Shown here piece by piece: positions 1-11,215 of a stretch of DNA of 33,270 bases. Below the pieces are notes generated by a model. It saw nothing but the letters and a program-made list of their open reading frames with translations, searched no databases and was not told the origin of the DNA. Each line of letters opens with the position of its first letter. The first letter of the stretch is position 1. The position numbers were made by a program, and so were the translations under genes. The DNA comes from Betaproteobacteria bacterium (GTDB taxonomy: Bacteria > Pseudomonadota > Gammaproteobacteria > Burkholderiales > SG8-39): the NCBI GenBank assembly GCA_031409355.1, contig JANNXB010000205.1, positions 1 through 33,270 of the forward strand, written 5' to 3'.

Positions 1-1263
1 TGGCGCATCGGCTCCGTGGTCGCGACCGCGGACCACAATACGCCGACGACGGGTTGGGAGCGCGGCCTCGCCGGCATCGAGGATCCGATCGCGCGGCTGC
101 AGGTCGACACGCTTACCGCGAACATCAAGGAATACGGCGCCAAGGTCTATTTCCCGTTCCTCGACAAGCGCCAGGGCATCGTGCACGTGATCGGGCCCGA
201 GCAGGGCGCGACGCTGCCGGGCATGACGGTGGTGTGCGGTGATTCGCATACCAGCACGCACGGCGCTTTCGGCTGCCTCGCGCACGGCATCGGCACCTCG
301 GAAGTCGAGCACGTGCTCGCGACGCAGACGCTGGTGACGAGGAAGATGAAGAACATGCGCGTCTCCGTCGAGGGGGCGCTCGGGAATGGCGTGACGGCGA
401 AAGACGTGGCGCTCGCGATCATTGGCCGCATCGGCACGGCGGGCGGGACCGGCTGCGCCGTGGAGTTCGCGGGCAGCGCGATTCGCTCGCTGACCATGGA
501 AGGCCGCATGACTCTCTGCAACATGGCAATCGAAGCGGGCGCGCGCGCCGGCATGGTGGCCGTGGACGACACCACCGTTCAATACCTCAAGGGGCGCAGC
601 TTTTCGCCGAGCGGGCCCGAGTGGGACCAGGCGGTCGCGACGTGGAAGCTGCTGCACAGCGATGCGGACGCGAAGTTCGAGCATGAGTTGACGTTCGATG
701 CGCGCGACATCGCGCCGCAGGTCACCTGGGGCACCTCGCCCGAGATGGTGGTGGCGGTCCAGGATCATGTACCCGATCCGGACAAAGAGAAGGATCCGGT
801 CAAGCGCGAAGGCATGGAGCGCGCGCTCGTCTATATGGGACTTAAGCCGCGCACGCCGATCCAGGACATCAAGCTGGACAAAATTTTCATCGGCTCCTGC
901 ACCAATTCGCGCATCGAGGACCTGCGCGCCGCGGCCGCGGTGGCCAAGGGGCGCAAGGTGGCCTCGAACATCAAGCTCGCGATGGTGGTTCCGGGCTCCG
1001 GCCTGGTGAAGGCGCAGGCCGAGAAGGAAGGGCTGGACAAGGTGTTCCGCGACTCGGGCTTCGAGTGGCGCGAACCGGGTTGCTCGATGTGCCTGGCGAT
1101 GAACGCCGACCGCCTCGAGCCCGGCGAGCGCTGCGCCTCGACCTCGAACCGCAATTTCGAAGGCCGCCAGGGCTCGGGCGGACGCACCCACCTGGTGAGC
1201 CCCGCGATGGCCGCGGCGGCGGCGATCGCCGGCCATTTCGTCGACGTCCGGAAATTGAGCTGA
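1..1263 (+). CDS. leuC: 3-isopropylmalate dehydratase large subunit (5'-truncated by window edge)
   Basis: Frame 1 is open from base 1 ([13 protein letters not shown]...). Aconitase-family motifs [41 protein letters not shown]. Followed by leuD and leuB. Confidence 0.97.
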   Translation, partial: WRIGSVVATADHNTPTTGWERGLAGIEDPIARLQVDTLTANIKEYGAKVYFPFLDKRQGIVHVIGPEQGATLPGMTVVCGDSHTSTHGAFGCLAHGIGTSEVEHVLATQTLVTRKMKNMRVSVEGALGNGVTAKDVALAIIGRIGTAGGTGCAVEFAGSAIRSLTMEGRMTLCNMAIEAGARAGMVAVDDTTVQYLKGRSFSPSGPEWDQAVATWKLLHSDADAKFEHELTFDARDIAPQVTWGTSPEMVVAVQDHVPDPDKEKDPVKREGMERALVYMGLKPRTPIQDIKLDKIFIGSCTNSRIEDLRAAAAVAKGRKVASNIKLAMVVPGSGLVKAQAEKEGLDKVFRDSGFEWREPGCSMCLAMNADRLEPGERCASTSNRNFEGRQGSGGRTHLVSPAMAAAAAIAGHFVDVRKLS

Positions 1264-1901
1264 TGGAAAAGTTCACCGTCCTGAATGGCCTCGTGGCGCC
1301 GCTCGACCGCGCCAACGTGGACACCGACGCCGTCATTCCGAAGCAGTTCCTGAAATCCATCAAGCGCAGCGGCTATGGCGAGAACCTGTTCGACGCGTGG
1401 CGCTACCTGGACATCGGCCAGCCGGGCATGGACCACTCGAAGCGCCCGCTGAATCCGGATTTCGTGCTCAACCAGCCGCGTTACAAGGGCGCCGAGGTCC
1501 TGCTCGCGCGCAAGAACTTCGGTTGCGGCAGCTCGCGCGAACACGCGCCCTGGGCGCTGCAGCAGTACGGCTTCAAGTGCGTTATCGCGCCGTCCTACGG
1601 CGACATCTTCTTCAACAACAGCTTCAAGAACGGTTTCCTGCCGGTGGTGCTTTCGGAAACCGAAGTGGACAGCCTGTTCTACGATTGCGCGCTGCCGGGA
1701 TTCCGCGTCGTCGTGGACCTAGAGCGGCAGACCGTTGCGACCACCGACGGATCGAAGTCGTACAAGTTCGACGTGGACCCTTCGCGCCGCCACTCGCTGC
1801 TGAATGGCCTGGACGAGATCGCTGTCACGCTGCGCCATGCCGACGAGATCCGCGCCTTCGAAGCGCGCCGGCAGGCCCAGTTCCCCTGGCTGTTCAGGTA
1901 G
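1263..1901 (+). CDS. leuD: 3-isopropylmalate dehydratase small subunit
   Basis: ATG at 1263 overlaps the leuC stop (TGATG). [45 protein letters not shown]. Confidence 0.97.
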   Translation: MEKFTVLNGLVAPLDRANVDTDAVIPKQFLKSIKRSGYGENLFDAWRYLDIGQPGMDHSKRPLNPDFVLNQPRYKGAEVLLARKNFGCGSSREHAPWALQQYGFKCVIAPSYGDIFFNNSFKNGFLPVVLSETEVDSLFYDCALPGFRVVVDLERQTVATTDGSKSYKFDVDPSRRHSLLNGLDEIAVTLRHADEIRAFEARRQAQFPWLFR

Positions 1902-1908
1902 CGCGGCC

Positions 1909-2964
1909 ATGAAAATCGCGGTTCTGCCGGGCGACGGTATCGGCAAGGAAATCATTGCGCAAACCATCAAGGTGCTGGGGCGCCTCGGGCTGAAGTTCGA
2001 GTTCGAAGAGGCCCCGGTGGGCGGCGCGGGCTACGAAGCCTCGGGCCATCCGCTGCCGGAGAAGACGCTGGCGCTGGCGAAGCAGGCCGACGCCATCCTG
2101 TTTGGCTCGGTCGGCGACCCGAAATACGACAACCTCGAATCCTCCAAGCGCCCGGAGCAGGCGATCCTCGGGCTGAGGAAAGAGCTGGCGCTGTTCGCCA
2201 ACCTGCGGCCGGCGCAGGTCTATGCCGAACTCGCGGACGCATCTTCCCTGCGGCCCGAAATCGTCGCCGGACTGGACATCCTGATCGTGCGCGAACTGAC
2301 CGGCGACATCTACTTCGGCGAGCCCAAGGGCATCCGGCAGCATGCGACGGGCGGCCGCGAAGGCTTCGACACCATGCGCTACACCGAGGCCGAGATCCGC
2401 AGGATTGCCGCGGTCGGCTTCGCCGCTGCGCGCAAGCGGGGGAAGAGGGTCTGTTCGGTGGACAAGGCCAACGTGCTGGAAACGTCCCGGCTCTGGCGTG
2501 AAGTGCTGACAGTCGAGGGAAAAAAGCATCCGGACATCGAGCTTTCGCACATGTACGTCGACAACTGCGCCATGCAGCTGGTGCGCAATCCGAAGCAGTT
2601 CGACGTCATAGTGACCGGCAACCTGTTCGGCGACATCCTTTCGGACGAGGCCTCGATGCTGACGGGCTCGATCGGCATGCTGCCTTCGGCATCCCTGGAC
2701 GCGAACAACAAGGGCCTGTACGAGCCGATCCACGGCTCGGCGCCCGACATCGCCGGCAAGGGCGTGGCGAACCCGCTCGCGACGATCCTGTCGGCGGCGC
2801 TGATGTTGCGCCATTCGCTGAACCAGGGCGCCGCCGCGGAGCGCGTGGAGCAGGCAGTGAAGAAAACGCTGCGCGACGGCTACCGTACCGCGGACATATA
2901 TACTGCGGGTACGAGGAAGGTGAGCACCGTGGAGATGGCGTCCGCGGTCGCGGAACGGCTGTAG
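1909..2964 (+). CDS. leuB: 3-isopropylmalate dehydrogenase
   Basis: [12 protein letters not shown] start at 1909. [33 protein letters not shown] motifs. Confidence 0.97.
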   Translation: MKIAVLPGDGIGKEIIAQTIKVLGRLGLKFEFEEAPVGGAGYEASGHPLPEKTLALAKQADAILFGSVGDPKYDNLESSKRPEQAILGLRKELALFANLRPAQVYAELADASSLRPEIVAGLDILIVRELTGDIYFGEPKGIRQHATGGREGFDTMRYTEAEIRRIAAVGFAAARKRGKRVCSVDKANVLETSRLWREVLTVEGKKHPDIELSHMYVDNCAMQLVRNPKQFDVIVTGNLFGDILSDEASMLTGSIGMLPSASLDANNKGLYEPIHGSAPDIAGKGVANPLATILSAALMLRHSLNQGAAAERVEQAVKKTLRDGYRTADIYTAGTRKVSTVEMASAVAERL

Positions 2965-2990
2965 AAAATGGAAATGCGCAGGAATCGGTC

Positions 2991-4112
2991 ATGTTGAGAG
3001 TCGGCATCGCAGGTTGGCGGGGCATGGTGGGTTCGGTGCTCGTGCAGAGGATGCGCGAGGAAAAGGATTTCGACCATGTCGAACCCCTGTTCTTTTCCAC
3101 CTCGCAGGCGGGCGGCAAAGGCCCGGACATCGGCAAGCCCACGGCGCCGGTGGGCAGCGCCACCGATATCGAGGCGCTGAAAAAGCTCCCGGTCATCATC
3201 TCCTGCCAGGGCGGCGACTACACGAACGACGTCTATCCGAAGCTGCGCGCCGCGGGCTGGACGGGCTACTGGATCGACGCCGCGAGCGCGCTGCGCATGA
3301 AGGACGACGCGGTGATCGTCCTCGATCCCGTCAACCTGGGCGTGATCCAGGATGCGGTGAAGCGCGGCACCAAGGACTTCATCGGCGGCAACTGCACCGT
3401 CAGCCTGATGCTCATGGGCGTGGCCGGGCTGCTGCAGCGCGACCTGGTGGAATGGATGACCTGCATGACCTACCAGGCGGCGTCAGGGGGCGGTGCCGCG
3501 CAGATGCGCGAGCTGGTACAGCAGATGGGGCACCTCGGGCAGATCGCCAAGCCGCTCACCGACGATCCCGCGAGCAGCGCCCTGGACATCGACCAGCGTG
3601 TCACCGCGGCGCTGCGCAACGGCGCGATGCCCAAGAGCGAGATCGGCTATCCGCTGGCCGCCAGCCTCCTGCCCTGGATCGACAAGGATCTCGGCGACGG
3701 CCAGAGCCGCGAGGAATGGAAAGCGCAGGCCGAGGGCAACAAGATCCTCGGGCGCAGCGAGCGCCCGATTCCGATCGACGGGATCTGCGTGCGCGTCGGC
3801 GCGATGCGCTGCCACAGCCAGGCGCTGACCATCAAGCTGAAAAAGGATGTTCCGCTGGGCGAAATAGAAGGCATGCTCGCGGAAGCGCACGATTGGGTGA
3901 AGGTGGTTTCGAACCGGCGCGAGGAATCGCTCGCGGAACTGACGCCGGCTGCGGTTACCGGGAAGCTGGCGGTTCCAATCGGCCGCCTGCGCAAAATGCC
4001 GATGGGCGGCGAGTATCTTGCCGCGTTCACCGTGGGCGACCAGCTGCTTTGGGGCGCCGCGGAACCCTTGCGCCGGATGCTGCGAATCCTGCTGGATTCC
4101 GGGGTGCGCTAA
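2991..4112 (+). CDS. asd: aspartate-semialdehyde dehydrogenase
   Basis: [20 protein letters not shown], catalytic [21 protein letters not shown]. Standard position after leuB. Confidence 0.97.
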   Translation: MLRVGIAGWRGMVGSVLVQRMREEKDFDHVEPLFFSTSQAGGKGPDIGKPTAPVGSATDIEALKKLPVIISCQGGDYTNDVYPKLRAAGWTGYWIDAASALRMKDDAVIVLDPVNLGVIQDAVKRGTKDFIGGNCTVSLMLMGVAGLLQRDLVEWMTCMTYQAASGGGAAQMRELVQQMGHLGQIAKPLTDDPASSALDIDQRVTAALRNGAMPKSEIGYPLAASLLPWIDKDLGDGQSREEWKAQAEGNKILGRSERPIPIDGICVRVGAMRCHSQALTIKLKKDVPLGEIEGMLAEAHDWVKVVSNRREESLAELTPAAVTGKLAVPIGRLRKMPMGGEYLAAFTVGDQLLWGAAEPLRRMLRILLDSGVR

Positions 4113-4185
4113 GAGGTTCGGCCACAGGGCAAATTTCCTTGTTGCCCAAGGCACTACCGCAGCAAAATCGAGAAGGTCTCTCAGG

Positions 4186-4214
4186 TTGCAGGGCTAACGC
4201 CATGATGTTATGGT
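4186..4214 (+). promoter_or_regulatory. putative sigma-70 promoter for fimV
   Basis: TTGCAG (4186-4191), 17 nt spacer, TATGGT (4209-4214) preceded by TGn, in the asd-fimV gap. Confidence 0.45.
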
Positions 4215-4261
4215 AGTCGGTCCCGGAAGAACGACTCAGGGTGCGCTCAGTGGGGAAAAAA

Positions 4262-6814
4262 ATGTCCGGAATTCGTATTGCCTTGGCGGCGCTGCTTTGC
4301 GCGCCGCTCATGGCCTATTCGGCAGGGCTTGGCAGGCTTGCGGTCACTTCCGCGCTGGGCCAGCCGCTAAGCGCCGAAATCGAGATCGTCTCGCTGCAGC
4401 CGGGCGAAGAGGATTCCCTGTCGGCGCGGCTCGCTCCGCCCGAGGCGTTTCGCCAGGCCGGCATCGAACTGAGTTCCGCGCTGATCGGCCTGCAGCTTGC
4501 GATCGACAAGCGCGGCGGCCGTCCCGTCATCCGGCTAAGCACTTTGCAGCCGGTCAACGAACCCTTCCTCGATGTCCTGATCGAATTGCAGTGGTCGACC
4601 GGCCGCCTGGTGCGCGAATACACCTTCCTGCTGGATCCGCCTGAATACCGCGCGCCCAAGCCCGCCGCCGCCCCGGCACCCGCCGCAAAGCCCGCGCCGG
4701 TCGCGGTGCCGACGCCCACCGCTCCCGCGCCACGCACTGAAGCACGGCCCATTCCCGCGGCCCCTGCAAGCCCGGCCGCCGGTGCCAGGCAGGAAACCGT
4801 GAAGAAAGGCGACACGCTGGGCAACATTGCGCGCCGTAACAAGCTCGATGGCGTGACGCTCAACCAGATGCTTACCGCGATATACCGCGCCAACGAGGAC
4901 GCGTTTATCCGCGGCAACGTCAACCTGGTGAGGGCAGGCCGCATCCTGAACCTGCCCGACCGCGAGGCGATCGCCGCGATCAACGCGGCGGAAGCCAATC
5001 AGCTCGTGCAGTCGCACATGTCGGATTTTGCGGACTACAAGCGCAAGCTCGGCGCGGCGGTTGCGGCGGCGCCCGCTGCCCCGGTGCGTGAGCGCGAAGT
5101 CACCGGGCGCATCACCTCCAAGCCCGAGGCGCCGGCGCCGGCGGAGCAGAAGGACCAACTCAAGCTCTCGAAGGCGGATCCGAAGGCAGCACCCGGTGCA
5201 GCTGCCGCGCGTGCGGCGCGCGAGGACGACCGCGTGGCGCGCGAGCGCGCCCTGAAGGAATCGCAATCGCGCATCGGCGACCTGGAGAAGAACGTCGCTG
5301 ACCTGCAGAAGCTCGTGGAAATGAAGAACCAGCAGTTGGCGGAACTGGAGAAGAAGGCGGCGGCGAAGCCGGCGCCTGCTCCGGCGCCCGCTCCGGTACC
5401 GGCGCCGGTAGCGAAAGCCCCGGAAGCGCCCAAGGAGGTCGCCAAGGAGGCGCCGAAAGAAGCGCCCAAGGAAGCCGCCAAGGAGGCGCCGAAAGAGGCC
5501 GCCAAGGAAGCGCCCAAGGACATCGCCAAGGAAGCGTCGAAGGCCGCCACCAAGGAAGCGCCCAAAGAGGTAGCGAAGGACGGCGCGGCCAAGGCCAAGG
5601 CTGCGGCGCCCAAGGCCGCAGCGCCCGAGAAAAACTTCATCGAAGAGTTCATCGAGGATCCGCTCGCGCTCGGCGGACTCGGCGCGGTGGTCCTCCTGCT
5701 GGGAGGCTACGGTGCCTGGGCCTGGCGCAAGAAGAAGAAGTCGCAAACCGGGTTCCAGGACAGCGTGCTGGGTGCCGCCACCGGAGCGGGCGCCTCTTCC
5801 GTGTTCGCGCCGGCGACGCCGCAGGGACACGACACGCCGCCGCCGCCCGCGGCCGCGATCGACGAATCGCAGGCTTCGGTCAGCGGCGGAAGCGTCGCGC
5901 CGGCGGAGAGCGACGAAGTCGATCCGATTGCCGAAGCCGATGTCTACATGGCATACGGCCGCGATGCGCAGGCCGAAGAGATCCTGAAAGAGTCGCTCGG
6001 CAAGGATCCGAACCGGTCCGCGGTGCATGCGAAGCTGCTGGAGATCTACGCCAACCGCAAGGATGCGAAGAATTTCGAGCAGACCGCGCTAAAGCTCAAG
6101 GGCCTGACCAGCGGCGCCGGTCCGGAATGGGAAAAGGCGATAGCCCTGGGCAGTGCCATCGATCCGGGCAATGGCCTGTACAGCGGCGGGGCAGCAGCCG
6201 AGGGGGCGCCCGCAGCGCATGCCGCTGGCGCACCGACGCTGGATTTCGACATCGACGGCGGCGCGGAGCCGGCGGCGGAAGCGAAGCCCGATTCGGGCGC
6301 CCTGGACTTCGACATTGGCGCGGCGGCTCCTGCTGCCGCCCCGGCGACCGATTTCGCTTCCGGCGGCACGCTGAAGCTGGATACGACCGCGACCAAGCCG
6401 GCCGACAGCGGGCTTGATTTCGACCTGGGCGGCGCTACGAACGAAGACGATGGCGATAAGACCATGCTGATGCCGCGCAAGGCGGCACCGGCAGCGCCGG
6501 ATCCGGATGCCACCGTGGCGATGGACTTCGACCTCAACCTGGACCTGGGCAGTAGCAAGCCCGAGCCGGCGAAGGCTGCCGAAGCACCGCTCGACCTGGG
6601 CGGCCTGAGCCTGGACCTGGGCACCCCGGGCGACGCCGGTGGTGGTGGCAACGACGCGAAGTGGCAGGAAGTAGCCACCAAGCTCGACCTGGCGAAGGCC
6701 TACCAGGAAATGGGCGACAAGGATGGGGCGCGCGAATTGCTGAACGAAGTGGTGAAGGAAGGCGACGCGGCTCAGAAGGGCCAGGCCGAGCAGATGCTTT
6801 CCGGCCTGGGCTAG
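4262..6814 (+). CDS. fimV: FimV/HubP family polar landmark protein
   Basis: Signal peptide, GLGRLAVTSALGQPLSAEI N-terminal domain, LysM-like TVKKGDTLGNIA, coiled coil, TM helix, DPIAEADVYMAYGR, C-terminal KLDLAKAYQEMGDKDGARELL. asd-fimV-truA synteny. Start is ATG 4262 or GTG 4241. Confidence 0.93.
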   Translation: MSGIRIALAALLCAPLMAYSAGLGRLAVTSALGQPLSAEIEIVSLQPGEEDSLSARLAPPEAFRQAGIELSSALIGLQLAIDKRGGRPVIRLSTLQPVNEPFLDVLIELQWSTGRLVREYTFLLDPPEYRAPKPAAAPAPAAKPAPVAVPTPTAPAPRTEARPIPAAPASPAAGARQETVKKGDTLGNIARRNKLDGVTLNQMLTAIYRANEDAFIRGNVNLVRAGRILNLPDREAIAAINAAEANQLVQSHMSDFADYKRKLGAAVAAAPAAPVREREVTGRITSKPEAPAPAEQKDQLKLSKADPKAAPGAAAARAAREDDRVARERALKESQSRIGDLEKNVADLQKLVEMKNQQLAELEKKAAAKPAPAPAPAPVPAPVAKAPEAPKEVAKEAPKEAPKEAAKEAPKEAAKEAPKDIAKEASKAATKEAPKEVAKDGAAKAKAAAPKAAAPEKNFIEEFIEDPLALGGLGAVVLLLGGYGAWAWRKKKKSQTGFQDSVLGAATGAGASSVFAPATPQGHDTPPPPAAAIDESQASVSGGSVAPAESDEVDPIAEADVYMAYGRDAQAEEILKESLGKDPNRSAVHAKLLEIYANRKDAKNFEQTALKLKGLTSGAGPEWEKAIALGSAIDPGNGLYSGGAAAEGAPAAHAAGAPTLDFDIDGGAEPAAEAKPDSGALDFDIGAAAPAAAPATDFASGGTLKLDTTATKPADSGLDFDLGGATNEDDGDKTMLMPRKAAPAAPDPDATVAMDFDLNLDLGSSKPEPAKAAEAPLDLGGLSLDLGTPGDAGGGGNDAKWQEVATKLDLAKAYQEMGDKDGARELLNEVVKEGDAAQKGQAEQMLSGLG
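5432..5587 (+). repeat. degenerate 12-nt (tetrapeptide KEAP/KEAA) coding tandem repeat in fimV, ~13 units
   Basis: KEVA KEAP KEAP KEAA KEAP KEAA KEAP KDIA KEAS KAAT KEAP KEVA KDGA. Confidence 0.85.
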
Positions 6815-6840
6815 GCGCCGGGACCAGAAAACCAGGAACA

Positions 6841-6858
6841 GGGGAACCTAGGTTCCCC
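6841..6858. repeat. perfect 18-bp palindrome (REP-like)
   Basis: GGGGAACCTAGGTTCCCC equals its own reverse complement and lies in the fimV-truA gap. Confidence 0.8.
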
Positions 6859-6872
6859 CGTCACCCTCTCCT

Positions 6873-6907
6873 AGCCGCGGCGCGCAAGCGACTGCGGCTT
6901 TTTCTTT
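6873..6907 (+). terminator. putative intrinsic terminator after fimV, abutting the truA start
   Basis: AGCCGCG...TGCGGCT stem enclosing a CGC-GCAA-GCG hairpin, followed by TTTTCTTT. Confidence 0.7.
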
Positions 6908-7714
6908 ATGGCGACCAGCTCACTTAACCGCATAGCACTGGGAATCGAATACGACGGCAGCCGCTTCCTCGGCTGGCAGACGCAGCCCGGGGGCGGCACG
7001 GTGCAGGACGCGCTCGAGTCGGCGCTTTCCGGCATCGCGGACGCACCGGTGCGCACGACCTGCGCGGGCCGCACCGATCGCGGCGTGCACGCGCGCGCGC
7101 AGGTGGTCCACTTCGACACCGGCGCGCAACGCCCGGACTCGGCCTGGGTGCGCGGCGTGAACGCGATGCTGCCCGATTCCATGGCAGTGCTCTGGTCGCA
7201 GCGCATGTCGAACGACTTTCATGCGCGTTATGCGGCGCGCTCGCGCACCTATCGCTATGTGCTCGTCAACCGGCCGATACGCCCGGCCCTCGCCGCGCGC
7301 TACGCGGGCTGGTTCCACGCCCCGCTTGAACTGGCGGCGATGCGGGATGCTGCCTCGCAGCTCCTTGGCGAGCATGATTTTTCGGCGTTCCGCGCGGCGG
7401 AATGCCAGGCGAAGAGCCCGGTACGCACGCTGCACGCCATCGGCATCGACCGCCGGGGCGAATGCATCGAGTTCACGCTGCGCGCCAATGCCTGGCTGCA
7501 GCACATGGTGCGCAACATCGTCGGCACGCTGGTGTACGTCGGCAAGGGCAAGCACCCGCCTCTATGGGTGAGGAAGGTCCTCGAATCGCGCGACCGCGCG
7601 CTCGCTGCGCCCACGTTCGGTTCCGAGGGCCTGTACCTTGACGCGGTGGAATATGACCCGCACTGGAATATTCCAGCCACTGAAACCGGAAAGATGGCTC
7701 TACCCATTTCATGA
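6908..7714 (+). CDS. truA: tRNA pseudouridine(38-40) synthase
   Basis: RIALGIEYDGSRFLGWQTQ, AGRTDRGVHA (catalytic Asp), GEHDFSAFRA, HMVRNIVG. Confidence 0.96.
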   Translation: MATSSLNRIALGIEYDGSRFLGWQTQPGGGTVQDALESALSGIADAPVRTTCAGRTDRGVHARAQVVHFDTGAQRPDSAWVRGVNAMLPDSMAVLWSQRMSNDFHARYAARSRTYRYVLVNRPIRPALAARYAGWFHAPLELAAMRDAASQLLGEHDFSAFRAAECQAKSPVRTLHAIGIDRRGECIEFTLRANAWLQHMVRNIVGTLVYVGKGKHPPLWVRKVLESRDRALAAPTFGSEGLYLDAVEYDPHWNIPATETGKMALPIS

Positions 7715-8343
7715 GAACTCGCGTCAAGATCTGCGGCATTACCCGGAGCGAGGACGCGGAGGCTGCCGCGCGCGCCGGCGCCGACGCCATCGGGCTGGTG
7801 TTCTATCCGCCGAGCCCGCGCTTCCTTAGCCTGGAATGGGCGCGCCAGCTGGCCAGCGAGGTGCCGCCCTTCGTCACCACGGTCGCCTTGTTCGTCAATC
7901 CGGCGGCGGCGGACGTATACACGGTCCTGGAGCGCGTCCGGCCGGCGATGCTGCAATTTCACGGCGAAGAGGATCACGTTTTCTGCGCGCAGTTCGGCGT
8001 GCCGTACGTCAAGGCTTGTCGGGTAAAGCCGGGGGTCGATTTGCTAGAATACCTGCGTCCGTTTTCCTCTGCGGCGGGGTGGTTGCTCGACAGCCATGTC
8101 GAGGAATACGGCGGCGTCGGGGAGTGCTTCGACTGGTCACTGGTGCCTGAGGAGCACGTGCGGGCGAAAATGCGGCCGCTCGTACTGTCCGGCGGGCTCG
8201 CGCCGGAGAACGTAGGCAGGGCGATCCGGCAGGTGCGTCCCTGGGCCGTGGATGTGTCCAGCGGCGTCGAATCCGCGAAGGGAATCAAGGATGCCGCGAA
8301 GATTTCCGCTTTCATGACCGAGGTCCGAAATGCAGATGTATGA
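7711..8343 (+). CDS. trpF: phosphoribosylanthranilate isomerase
   Basis: [37 protein letters not shown]. Confidence 0.96.
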   Translation: MRTRVKICGITRSEDAEAAARAGADAIGLVFYPPSPRFLSLEWARQLASEVPPFVTTVALFVNPAAADVYTVLERVRPAMLQFHGEEDHVFCAQFGVPYVKACRVKPGVDLLEYLRPFSSAAGWLLDSHVEEYGGVGECFDWSLVPEEHVRAKMRPLVLSGGLAPENVGRAIRQVRPWAVDVSSGVESAKGIKDAAKISAFMTEVRNADV

Positions 8344-9529
8344 CTTGCCAGACCCGCGCGGGCACTTTGGCCCCTATGGCGGCGTGTTCGTCGCCGAGAC
8401 GCTGAGCCATGCCCTGGATGAACTGCGCGAGGCCTACGAGCGCTGCTGCCGCGATCCGGCGTTCATGGCCGAGTTCCACTCCGAACTCAAGCATTACGTC
8501 GGCCGGCCGAGCCCGGTCTACCACGCCCGGCGCTGGTCGGAGATGCTTGGCGGCGCGCAGATCTATCTCAAGCGCGAAGACTTGAACCATACCGGCGCGC
8601 ACAAGATCAATAACACCATGGGCCAGGCGCTGCTCGCGCGCCACATGGGCAAGAAGCGCGTGATCGCGGAAACCGGCGCCGGCATGCACGGCGTCGCCGC
8701 CGCCACGGTGGCGGCGCGCTTCGGCATGAAATGCGTGGTCTACATGGGCTCGGAAGACATCCATCGCCAGGCGCAGAACGTCTACCGCATGAAGCTGCTG
8801 GGCGCCGAGGTCGTGCCGGTCGAATCGGGATCGAAGACGCTCAAGGACGCGCTGAACGAGGCGATGCGCGACTGGGTGACCAACGTGGAGGACACCTACT
8901 ACATCATCGGTACGGTCGCCGGCCCGCACCCATATCCGATGATGGTGCGCGATTTCCAGTCCGTTATCGGCGAGGAGTGCAAGCTGCAGATGCCGGAGAT
9001 GATCGGACGCCAGCCGGATGCGGTGATCGCCTGCGTCGGCGGCGGTTCGAACGCGATGGGCATTTTCTATCCCTACATCGGCGATGCGAACGTGCGCCTG
9101 ATAGGCGTGGAAGCGGCGGGCGAGGGCCTTGAGACCGGCCGGCACGCCGCCTCGCTCAGCGCCGGCACCCCCGGCGTGCTGCACGGCAACCGCACCTATC
9201 TCCTGCAGGATGCGAACGGACAGATCACGGAAACGCATTCAGTCTCCGCCGGCCTCGACTACCCCGGCGTCGGTCCGGAGCACGCGTGGCTCAAGGACCA
9301 GCACCGCGCCGAGTACGTGGCGATCACCGACGACGAGGCGCTCAAGGCGTTCAGCGATCTTTGCCACTACGAGGGCATCATCCCGGCGCTCGAATCGGCG
9401 CACGCCGTCGCCTACGCCGTGAAGATCGCGCCGTCGATGCCCAGGGACAAGGCACTGCTGGTGAACCTCTCGGGCCGCGGCGACAAGGACATGCAGACGG
9501 TCGCGGACCGGATGGGAATCAGGCTCTGA
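8330..9529 (+). CDS. trpB: tryptophan synthase beta chain
   Basis: [15 protein letters not shown] (PLP lysine), [36 protein letters not shown]. Confidence 0.98.
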   Translation: MQMYDLPDPRGHFGPYGGVFVAETLSHALDELREAYERCCRDPAFMAEFHSELKHYVGRPSPVYHARRWSEMLGGAQIYLKREDLNHTGAHKINNTMGQALLARHMGKKRVIAETGAGMHGVAAATVAARFGMKCVVYMGSEDIHRQAQNVYRMKLLGAEVVPVESGSKTLKDALNEAMRDWVTNVEDTYYIIGTVAGPHPYPMMVRDFQSVIGEECKLQMPEMIGRQPDAVIACVGGGSNAMGIFYPYIGDANVRLIGVEAAGEGLETGRHAASLSAGTPGVLHGNRTYLLQDANGQITETHSVSAGLDYPGVGPEHAWLKDQHRAEYVAITDDEALKAFSDLCHYEGIIPALESAHAVAYAVKIAPSMPRDKALLVNLSGRGDKDMQTVADRMGIRL

Positions 9530-10326
9530 TGTCGCGCATCGCCGGACGCTTCGCCGAACTCAAGGCCGCCGGGCGCAAGGCGCTGATTCCCTATATCACC
9601 GCGGGCGATCCGCTGAAGTCGAGCACGGTGCCGCTTCTGCACGGCATGGTGGAAGCGGGCAGCGACATCCTCGAAATCGGCGTGCCGTTCTCCGATCCGA
9701 TGGCGGACGGGCCGGCCATCCAGCGCTCCTCCGAGCGCGCCCTCAAGAATGGAATTGGACTTTCTGATGTGCTGGGTTTTGTAAAAACATTTAGAGAGAA
9801 AGACAACCTAACCCCAGTCGTCCTGATGGGTTATGCCAACCCGATCGAGGCGATGGGCGTGGAAAAGTTCGTCGGGTCTGCGAAGACGGCGGGCGTCGAC
9901 GGGGTCATTGTGGTCGACTATCCGCCCGAGGAGTGCGGCCCGTTCGCCGACCTGTGCGGCAAGGCCGGCATCGACTGCATTTTCCTGCTGGCCCCGACCT
10001 CCACGGACGCGCGCATCCGCGAAGTGGCGCGCGCCGGCACCGGCTACCTCTATTACGTGTCGCTGAAGGGCGTAACCGGCGTCAAGTCCGTCGACGTTGC
10101 CGAAGTCGCGGCCCAGCTGCCGAGGTTACGCGCCGCCTCGAAGCTGCCCATCGCCGTCGGCTTCGGCATCAAGGACGCAGAGTCCGCGCTCGCAATCTCG
10201 AAAATCGCCGATGCGGTGATAATCGGCAGTCGCATCGTGCAGGAAATCGAGAGCGCTGGAGCGGAACACGCGGCGGCGCGGGTGAAGGCGCTTCTGGCGC
10301 CGATCCGAAAGGCACTCGACGCATGA
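9529..10326 (+). CDS. trpA: tryptophan synthase alpha chain
   Basis: ATG at 9529 overlaps the trpB stop. [41 protein letters not shown]. Confidence 0.97.
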   Translation: MSRIAGRFAELKAAGRKALIPYITAGDPLKSSTVPLLHGMVEAGSDILEIGVPFSDPMADGPAIQRSSERALKNGIGLSDVLGFVKTFREKDNLTPVVLMGYANPIEAMGVEKFVGSAKTAGVDGVIVVDYPPEECGPFADLCGKAGIDCIFLLAPTSTDARIREVARAGTGYLYYVSLKGVTGVKSVDVAEVAAQLPRLRAASKLPIAVGFGIKDAESALAISKIADAVIIGSRIVQEIESAGAEHAAARVKALLAPIRKALDA

Positions 10327-10345
10327 ATGCGTCTCGTCACCACGC

Positions 10346-11211
<866 letters not shown>

Positions 11212-11215
<4 letters not shown>

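Noticed and set aside
1065-1262. Upstream extensions of the leuD, leuB, trpA, dedD and bamE ORFs in the ORF track
   Set aside because: They overlap neighbouring genes. Homology-consistent starts are at 1263, 1909, 9529, 12446 and about 32530.
5432-5587. Repeat array considered as a possible CRISPR
   Set aside because: In-frame 12-nt degenerate coding repeats with no spacers and no cas genes.
6815-6907. Possible Trp leader-peptide attenuator ahead of truA-trpFBA
   Set aside because: No short ORF with Trp codons was found in the gap.
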